Positions 57,917 through 64,000 of a stretch of 64,000 bases of DNA are shown piece after piece. This DNA comes from Filifactoraceae bacterium (GTDB taxonomy: Bacteria; Bacillota; Clostridia; Peptostreptococcales; Filifactoraceae). The stretch's first letter is position 1, and each line of letters opens with the position of its first letter. The stretch is from NCBI GenBank assembly GCA_051655155.1, contig JBOFZL010000051.1, positions 18,637 through 82,636 of the forward strand, read 5' to 3'. The notes below the pieces were generated by a model. It worked only from the letters and a program-made list of their open reading frames with translations, was not told where the DNA came from and ran no database searches. The translations under genes and the position numbers were made by a program.

Positions 57917-59830
57917 ATGATAGGAAAGTTATTAGGAAATAGATACGAGATATTAAATAAGGTTGGCGAAGGTGGTATGGCTGTAGTATATACAGGCAAG
58001 TGTACCCTTCTAAATAGGATTGTGGCTATAAAAGTTTTGAAAAGTGAATTTTCAAAAGATGAGGAGTTTTTAACTAAATTTAAGAATGAAGCTCAATCAG
58101 CAGCAAGGGTAAATCATCCTAATATTATAAATGTATATGATGTTGGGCAAGATGGTGATGAGTCTTATATAGTTATGGAATATGTAGAGGGTAAGAACCT
58201 AAAAGATATGATAAAAACCAATGGTCGTATGCCAGAGGCAGTTGCTTTAGATATTGCAGATCAAATTGCAAAGGCCTTGCAAGTAGCACATATGAAAGGC
58301 ATAGTTCATAGGGATATTAAGTCTCATAATATTATGATAACTAGCAACAATCTAGTTAAGGTAGGGGATTTTGGGATAGCAAAGGCTGTAAGTAGTGCAA
58401 CTATAACTGCTGCGGGCTCAATTATGGGCTCAGTTCATTATTTTTCTCCTGAACAAGCGAGAGGTGGCTATGTAGACGAGAGGTCTGACATATATTCTTT
58501 GGGAATAGTGCTTTTTGAAATGCTCACAGGAAGGCTTCCATTTGATGGGGATAGTCCAGTTAATATTGCACTTAAGCAGATACAAGATAATATTGAGTTT
58601 TTGCCTAGTGATAATATAAGACCAGAAGTAAAAAATCTTATTTTAAAACTTACGCAAAAAAGTCCTGATAAAAGACAAAGAACAGCAGGAGAGGTTATTA
58701 GTGAGGTAGCTGTTTTAAGGGGGCATAGACCTACTAAAATAATAGCTCCGGAAGATGTGATTAAAGAAGATTTTAAACTGGGGGTAGACTCATATAAGGC
58801 TAAAAATCAGCTTAAAGAAGAGTTTGAGGAAGAGTATGATGAGAAGGATGATGAAAAAAAGTCTTTTAAATTGGGAGCTATAGCGATTTTATTGGCTTTA
58901 TTAGTGTCGGTTGTGGGTGTAGGTGGTTTTGTACTTCTTGGTGGATTTGATAATATATCAAGTGTGTTTACTAGAAAAGAAAAGGTGTTACTGGAAGACT
59001 TTAGGGGATTGACTTTAGAGGAGGCAAAAGAGAAAGGCACAGCTCTAGGAGTTCAAGTTGTACAAGATGGAACAGAGATTAACAATTCTTATCCTGAGGG
59101 AACAGTAGCAAGTCAAGTTCCTTCAAGTGGGGTTAAGGTTGAAAAAAATTCTCTTGTGAGAGTTTCTATTTCAGCAACTTCAATTGAGGAAGTAGAGGTG
59201 CCAGATTTAAAGGGATATACTTTGGAAGAAGCTATAAAGCTTATAACTAATGTGGGTTTAAGTGAGGTGGTAAAGGCAGAAGCTAGTGATAAACCAAAAG
59301 ATGAGGTTATATCTCAAATGCCAGAAGCTGGCGCAAAGGTAAATAAAGGAGAGTTGGTTAAATTAGTTGTTAGTGAAGGAAAAGAAGAACCTAAGAAAGA
59401 TACTCAAGTTCCCAACGTTATAGAAAAATCTTCAGATGAGGCTAGACAAATTTTAAAAGGATTTACAATTTCTGAAAGTTACAGAGAAGATAGGACTAAG
59501 CCTGATGGAGTTATTCTTTCACAAGCCCCAACTGCCGGAGAGATGGTAGAGGCTGCAGCAACAGTCAATATTGTGATTAATAGAATTGAAAAACGACCTA
59601 CTGTTAATTATCCTCTTCTGATAATGTTGCCTACAGAAAATGAGACTATTAATGTTAAGGTTATAGAGAAAAATACGGGTTCAGAGATTTATAATTCAGA
59701 TATTGAGCCAAGTTCTTTAGAGGGAGGAATATTGAAGTTTAATACATCTGGAGAACAAGGGGAAACCAAGGTTTATTCTGTATATATAGATGGAAGAAGT
59801 TGGGGTGATCAGGAAGTTATATTTCAGTAG
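57917..59830 (+). CDS. prkC: Ser/Thr protein kinase with extracellular PASTA repeats (PrkC/PknB type)
   Basis: Kinase motifs GEGGMAVVY, AIKVL, HRDIKSHNI and DFGIA. One TM (AIAILLALLVSVVGVGGFVLLGG). Three PASTA-like repeats plus a C-terminal beta domain. Confidence 0.93.
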   Translation: MIGKLLGNRYEILNKVGEGGMAVVYTGKCTLLNRIVAIKVLKSEFSKDEEFLTKFKNEAQSAARVNHPNIINVYDVGQDGDESYIVMEYVEGKNLKDMIKTNGRMPEAVALDIADQIAKALQVAHMKGIVHRDIKSHNIMITSNNLVKVGDFGIAKAVSSATITAAGSIMGSVHYFSPEQARGGYVDERSDIYSLGIVLFEMLTGRLPFDGDSPVNIALKQIQDNIEFLPSDNIRPEVKNLILKLTQKSPDKRQRTAGEVISEVAVLRGHRPTKIIAPEDVIKEDFKLGVDSYKAKNQLKEEFEEEYDEKDDEKKSFKLGAIAILLALLVSVVGVGGFVLLGGFDNISSVFTRKEKVLLEDFRGLTLEEAKEKGTALGVQVVQDGTEINNSYPEGTVASQVPSSGVKVEKNSLVRVSISATSIEEVEVPDLKGYTLEEAIKLITNVGLSEVVKAEASDKPKDEVISQMPEAGAKVNKGELVKLVVSEGKEEPKKDTQVPNVIEKSSDEARQILKGFTISESYREDRTKPDGVILSQAPTAGEMVEAAATVNIVINRIEKRPTVNYPLLIMLPTENETINVKVIEKNTGSEIYNSDIEPSSLEGGILKFNTSGEQGETKVYSVYIDGRSWGDQEVIFQ

Positions 59831-59843
59831 AGTAGGAGAAAAA

Positions 59844-60728
59844 ATGAAAAAAGGATTAATAACGAAAGCAATATCCTCTTTCTTTTATGTTTATACTGAA
59901 GATGGAGTATACGAGTGTAAGGGAAGGGGAAGTTTAAAAGAAGAAGGAATAATACCTTTAGTTGGTGATATGGCAATAATAACTATTGTAGATGAACGTA
60001 CTAAAAAGGCTATGGTTGAGAAGATAGAAGATAGGAAAAATTTTTTGATCAGACCACCTATAGCAAATATAGGAAAGGTTCTTTTAACATTTGCGATAAA
60101 GGATCCAAATCCCAATTTATCCTTGATAGATAGGTTTGTAGTTTTGGCTCAGGAAGCTGGTTTGGATATTGTGCTTTGCTTTACAAAGTCTGACCTTGAT
60201 AAGGATGGTAAGTTGAAAAAACTATTAAGTATATATAAAGGGCTGGGATATCCTGTTATATGGTTGTCAGTAGAAGAAAATAAAAATATAGATTTGGTAA
60301 AAAGTGTTATAAAAGATAATATAACCGTTGTCGCTGGACCATCTGGAGCAGGAAAAAGTACCATGATAAATACTTTAGGGTTTGAGATAAAAACTGGAGA
60401 AGTTAGTCAAAAGCTTGGAAGAGGTCGTCATACTACACGACATGTAGAGTTGTTGAAAATTGATGAAAGAACGTGGATTGCAGATACACCAGGGTTTAGT
60501 TCGCTAAGTTTAGATCATATACCACCGGATGAATTGAAAGAGTATTTTATTGAGTTTCATGATTATGATACGGAGTGTAGATTTGGATCAAAGTGTATAC
60601 ATGATCAAGAGCCAGATTGTTGTGTGAAAAAAGCTGTAGATAATGGAAATATAGCTGTAGAAAGATATGAAAGTTATATTCAGCTTTTAGGAGAGGTAAG
60701 ACAAAACCAAAAGAGAAAGGGATATTAG
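59844..60728 (+). CDS. rsgA: ribosome small-subunit-dependent GTPase A
   Basis: Circularly permuted GTPase: FTKSDL (G4), GPSGAGKST (G1) and C-terminal Zn motif CRF...C.H..EP.C. Start moved to the ATG at 59844. Confidence 0.9.
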   Translation: MKKGLITKAISSFFYVYTEDGVYECKGRGSLKEEGIIPLVGDMAIITIVDERTKKAMVEKIEDRKNFLIRPPIANIGKVLLTFAIKDPNPNLSLIDRFVVLAQEAGLDIVLCFTKSDLDKDGKLKKLLSIYKGLGYPVIWLSVEENKNIDLVKSVIKDNITVVAGPSGAGKSTMINTLGFEIKTGEVSQKLGRGRHTTRHVELLKIDERTWIADTPGFSSLSLDHIPPDELKEYFIEFHDYDTECRFGSKCIHDQEPDCCVKKAVDNGNIAVERYESYIQLLGEVRQNQKRKGY

Positions 60729-60730
60729 AT

Positions 60731-61384
60731 ATGTTTAAATTAGCACCGTCAATGTTATCGGCAGATTTTGCTGTTTTAGGAGAGCAAATAAGAGTTTTGG
60801 AAGAGGCAGGTTGTGAGTATTTGCACATAGATGTTATGGATGGAGCTTTTGTTCCTAATATTACATTTGGAGCACCGGTCATAAAGAGTTTAAGAAATAA
60901 ATCAAAAATGATTTTTGATTGTCATCTTATGATAGAAAACCCAGATGCGAGAATAGATGATTTTGTAGCTGCAGGGGCTGATATAATAACAGTTCATGTA
61001 GAAGCGTGTAAGCATATTCATAGAACTATTCAGAGTATAAAGGAAAAAGGTGTAAAAGCGGGTGTTGCCATTAACCCTGGCACCCCATTGGAATCTATTG
61101 AATGGATATTAGATGATTTGGATATGATATTAATTATGAGTGTTAATCCAGGTTTTGGAGGTCAAAAGTATATTGAGGCTACTACAGAAAAAATAGAGTT
61201 ATTAAAAAGTTTAATTGAGGATAGAGGGTTGAAAATAGATATAGAAGTTGATGGTGGGATAACGGCAGACAATATTAAGGTTGTTGTAGATGCAGGGGCG
61301 GACGTAGTTGTGGCTGGCTCTGCGATATTTGGAAAAGAGAATATGGTTAATGCTGTAGAGGATCTTAGAAAAAATGGAAGATAA
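60731..61384 (+). CDS. rpe: ribulose-phosphate 3-epimerase
   Basis: APSMLSADF, HIDVMDGAFVPN, MSVNPGFGGQ and VDGG motifs. Confidence 0.95.
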   Translation: MFKLAPSMLSADFAVLGEQIRVLEEAGCEYLHIDVMDGAFVPNITFGAPVIKSLRNKSKMIFDCHLMIENPDARIDDFVAAGADIITVHVEACKHIHRTIQSIKEKGVKAGVAINPGTPLESIEWILDDLDMILIMSVNPGFGGQKYIEATTEKIELLKSLIEDRGLKIDIEVDGGITADNIKVVVDAGADVVVAGSAIFGKENMVNAVEDLRKNGR

Positions 61385-62024
61385 AAAGGCGGCTTTACTT
61401 TTAAATGGAGACTATAGGGATATAGATTTTTACAAGGATAAACTTAATGAATATAAGTTTATAGTAGGCGTTGATGGTGGAAGCAATATTTTAAGGAGAT
61501 TAAATATTAAGCCGGATATCTTAGTTGGAGATTTTGATTCTATAGATGAAGATGTATTAAAGTATTTTGAAAAGTTAAATATTCCTATGAAAAAATTTTC
61601 AAAAGAAAAAGATTATACGGATTCTCAATTAGGAATTTTACATCTGGAGGAACTGGGGTATAGAAATATAGATATATATGGAGGTTTCGGCAATAGGTTA
61701 GATCATAGTTTAGGGAATGTGGGACTAATATATTGGGCATATAATAATGGAATAAGTGTAAGGATGTTTGATGAAAATAATGAAATCCAAGGACTGGCTA
61801 TAGGAAAAACAAGGATAAATAGGGATAATGAAAAAATTTTTTCGATATTAGCGGTTTTTGAAAATTTAGAAGGATTGAGTATAAGTGATGCTAAGTATGA
61901 ATTAGATGGATACAAGTTAAAAAAAGGTAGCCCAAGGGGAATATCTAATGAGTTTTTAGACAAAGAAGTAACTATCAGTTTAGAAAATGGATTTGGGTTA
62001 TTAATTATATCCAATAAAATTTGA
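61374..62024 (+). CDS. thiN: thiamine pyrophosphokinase
   Basis: VGVDGG...GDFDS...KDYTDSQL...GGFGNRLDH motifs. Overlaps rpe by 11 nt. Confidence 0.88.
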   Translation: MEDKKAALLLNGDYRDIDFYKDKLNEYKFIVGVDGGSNILRRLNIKPDILVGDFDSIDEDVLKYFEKLNIPMKKFSKEKDYTDSQLGILHLEELGYRNIDIYGGFGNRLDHSLGNVGLIYWAYNNGISVRMFDENNEIQGLAIGKTRINRDNEKIFSILAVFENLEGLSISDAKYELDGYKLKKGSPRGISNEFLDKEVTISLENGFGLLIISNKI

Positions 62025-62084
62025 CAAAGTAAGGTTTAAGCATTAGAATATTATATAAAAACGTTAAGGATGTGATAAAATACT

Positions 62085-62627
62085 ATGGACATTGAGAGTA
62101 AGGTCTGGGAAGTGCTTTGTTCTGAAGAGGAAATTGACAGTCGGATTAAGGAATTAGGTAAAGAAATTACAAGCGATTATGATGGGAAAAAATTATATGT
62201 TATATCTCTTTTAAAGGGGAGTTTTATTTTTGCAGCTGATTTAATTCGAAAAATTGATGTTCCTATAAGGGTTGGATTTATGGTGACTTCAAGTTATGGG
62301 AATAGGGAAGAAAGCAGCGGAAATGTGGAGCTAAAGTTGGATATAACAGATGATATTGAGAACGCTCATGTGCTTATAGTAGATGATATAACAGATTCTG
62401 GAATAACCATGAATTATGTTGTGGAGCATATAAAATTGAAGAATCCAGCTTCAATAAAAACATGTGTATTGTTGGATAAACCTGATAGGCGACAGGTGGA
62501 CTTTGAGGCTGATTATATAGGGTTTTCTATAGAAGATAGGTTTGTTGTGGGATATGGCTTAAATTATGGAGATTATTATAGAGATATTCCTTATGTTTTT
62601 GCAGTCACAAATGAAGATAGGAAATAG
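62085..62627 (+). CDS. hpt: hypoxanthine(-guanine) phosphoribosyltransferase
   Basis: PRPP-binding motif VLIVDDITDSGITM. SLLKGSFIFAADL. 180 aa. Confidence 0.93.
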   Translation: MDIESKVWEVLCSEEEIDSRIKELGKEITSDYDGKKLYVISLLKGSFIFAADLIRKIDVPIRVGFMVTSSYGNREESSGNVELKLDITDDIENAHVLIVDDITDSGITMNYVVEHIKLKNPASIKTCVLLDKPDRRQVDFEADYIGFSIEDRFVVGYGLNYGDYYRDIPYVFAVTNEDRK

Positions 62628-62633
62628 GATTAA

Positions 62634-62683
62634 AAAACTAAAGGCAAATGAGATTGTGTTTATTCTCATTTGCCTTTAGTTTT
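62634..62683. terminator. bidirectional intrinsic terminator (hpt / cobO)
   Basis: AAAACTAAAGGCAAATGAGA-10 nt-TCTCATTTGCCTTTAGTTTT, a perfect 20-bp stem. Confidence 0.8.
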
Positions 62684-62706
62684 CATTTAAAACAATTGTA
62701 GGCGAC

Positions 62707-63240
62707 TTACCATTCTATACCCTTTCTAGCAGGAATTCCTTTTTCAAATGGATGTTTTAGATCTTTCATCTCTGTTACATAATCGGCTATTTCATATATT
62801 TTTTCAGGTACATTTCGTCCTGTTAGTATTACTTCCATAGTTTCGGGACGTCGACTAATTATATTAATAAGCCTATCTACATCAATTAGATTGTTGGATA
62901 TTGCTCCCATTATTTCATCAAGTATAAGTACATCACAGTAATTATTATCAATAGTACCTTCTATAAAATCCATTGCTTTATCAATATCTTCTTGTAGTTC
63001 TAGTTTTTGTTGGTCATTAAGGGTCCAAAAGAAACCTCTTGGTCGTTCAAACCTAAATAAAGTAAAATTAGGTATCTTTTCAATTATATTCATTTCACCA
63101 GTTGCGCCACCCTTAAGAAATTGAACCATTCTCACGTTAAGTTCATTTCCGGATGAACGTATTCCTTGACCTACAGCAGCTGTAGTTTTTCCTTTTCCGT
63201 TACCGGTATATACGGCTATTAATCCTTTTTCAAGTTTCAT
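62707..63240 (-). CDS. cobO: cob(I)yrinic acid a,c-diamide adenosyltransferase (CobO/BtuR type)
   Basis: P-loop-like TGNGKGKTTAAVG, VLILDE and IADYVTEMKDLKHPFEKGIPARKGIEW. Confidence 0.9.
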   Translation of the reverse strand: MKLEKGLIAVYTGNGKGKTTAAVGQGIRSSGNELNVRMVQFLKGGATGEMNIIEKIPNFTLFRFERPRGFFWTLNDQQKLELQEDIDKAMDFIEGTIDNNYCDVLILDEIMGAISNNLIDVDRLINIISRRPETMEVILTGRNVPEKIYEIADYVTEMKDLKHPFEKGIPARKGIEW

Positions 63241-63449
63241 TATAGTCCACTCCTTTTTTTATTAGGTCATTTTATATTAGTATATCATATTTTAGCAAAT
63301 GTATAGGTGGCTTTATTGTAAATTTATTTTTTTACTTTTAAAATTTTATTTTGCCATTTATTTTTACATTATTTTGTTACAATTCTAAAGGTTTGTGGTA
63401 TTATTAATGTATTGGATAGTTTCAAATTAAATTTGTAAAGGAATAAATT

Positions 63450-64000
63450 ATGAATAAGTTAGTTTCTGCTATTTTGATTGTAATGATGATGAGTTTTATA
63501 GGTGGGTGTTCTAGGATTTTGTCTCCAGAAGAGCTAATAAGCCCACCTGAGCTTAATGTAGAGAAAAAAGAAGTGAAGGATGCGATAACAAAGTTTTTAC
63601 CACAAAATTCTGAGTTGTTTCCATTTACCAATACTAAAGACAACAGAGAAAGTTCTTTTGGGTTAAAGGATCTTAATGATGATAAGAACAATGAGATTGT
63701 TGCTATATATAGAGATAAGACGACTTTTAAAATTGGTATATTAGTTTTAAAGAATGAGTTTGGTCTTTGGGTTAAGAAGGGGGATATTAGCTTAGATGGA
63801 ACTGACGTTTCAGATTACCTGATAGATGACTTGGATAAGGATGGACTTCTTGAAATAATTGTGGGCTATGAGTCAAGACAGGACTCAGCTCGAAAGTTAG
63901 ATGTTTTTACAAGCGTTGATGACGGTGTAATTCAAATTTTTGATACGGATTATTATTCGTTAAGTATAGATGACATTACAGGCGATGATGGTAAGGAACT
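63450..64000 (+). CDS. lipoprotein with Asp-rich FG-GAP/VCBS-like repeats, 5' partial (continues past the window end)
   Basis: Own translation from the ATG at 63450 (AAAGGAA RBS): MNKLVSAILIVMMMSFIGGCSR (lipobox IGGC)...DDLDKDGLLEIIVG...DDITGDDGKE. The frame is open to base 64000. Not in the ORF track because no stop is reached. Confidence 0.7.
   Translation, partial: MNKLVSAILIVMMMSFIGGCSRILSPEELISPPELNVEKKEVKDAITKFLPQNSELFPFTNTKDNRESSFGLKDLNDDKNNEIVAIYRDKTTFKIGILVLKNEFGLWVKKGDISLDGTDVSDYLIDDLDKDGLLEIIVGYESRQDSARKLDVFTSVDDGVIQIFDTDYYSLSIDDITGDDGKE

Noticed and set aside
63241-63449. A cobalamin riboswitch upstream of cobO on the minus strand.
   Set aside because: No B12-box-like sequence or conserved G/C-rich core is visible. 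The region is plain AT-rich promoter DNA.
63422-63691. The 89-aa minus-strand ORF listed in the track.
   Set aside because: It is antisense to a plus-strand lipoprotein gene that has an RBS, a lipobox and an open frame to the window edge.

Overview
AT-rich (low-GC) Firmicutes/Clostridia-type chromosomal segment with about 55 protein-coding genes. Nearly all are core housekeeping genes in classic Firmicutes order: cysS-mrnC, sdaAB-sdaAA, polC, gdh, glmS with its ribozyme leader, pdp, prfC, topB, potABCD, rsmD-coaD, rqcH, then yicC-gmk-rpoZ-coaBC-priA-def-fmt-(YugP-like)-rsmB-rlmN-stp-prkC-rsgA-rpe-thiN, hpt and cobO. I saw no rRNA, tRNA, CRISPR array, transposase or integrase. Four things are not explained by the ORF track. 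(1) A small thioredoxin-fold gene at 13614-13874 is invisible to the ORF caller because it has an in-frame TGA exactly where the first Cys of the CxxC motif belongs. A 7-bp hairpin lies 16 nt downstream, so it is a candidate selenoprotein. It sits 9 nt upstream of a UPF0597/cysteine-desulfidase-like gene. (2) A glmS ribozyme at about 16977-17125 overlaps the ORF track's over-extended glmS start. (3) The only accessory-looking locus (about 28.6-36.8 kb) holds a divergent XRE repressor and Cro-like HTH pair. Between them is a perfect 17-bp palindrome carrying -10-like hexamers on both strands. Downstream is a 2250-aa wall-anchored adhesin with SdrD-B, SpaA-fold, CnaB and pilin-isopeptide domains and a pilin-style IPRTG sorting signal, but no sortase or pilin partner nearby. 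(4) A 5' partial lipoprotein gene at the right edge is missing from the track. Several ORF-track starts were corrected using RBS position. All functional calls rest on motif recognition by eye; no database search was possible.
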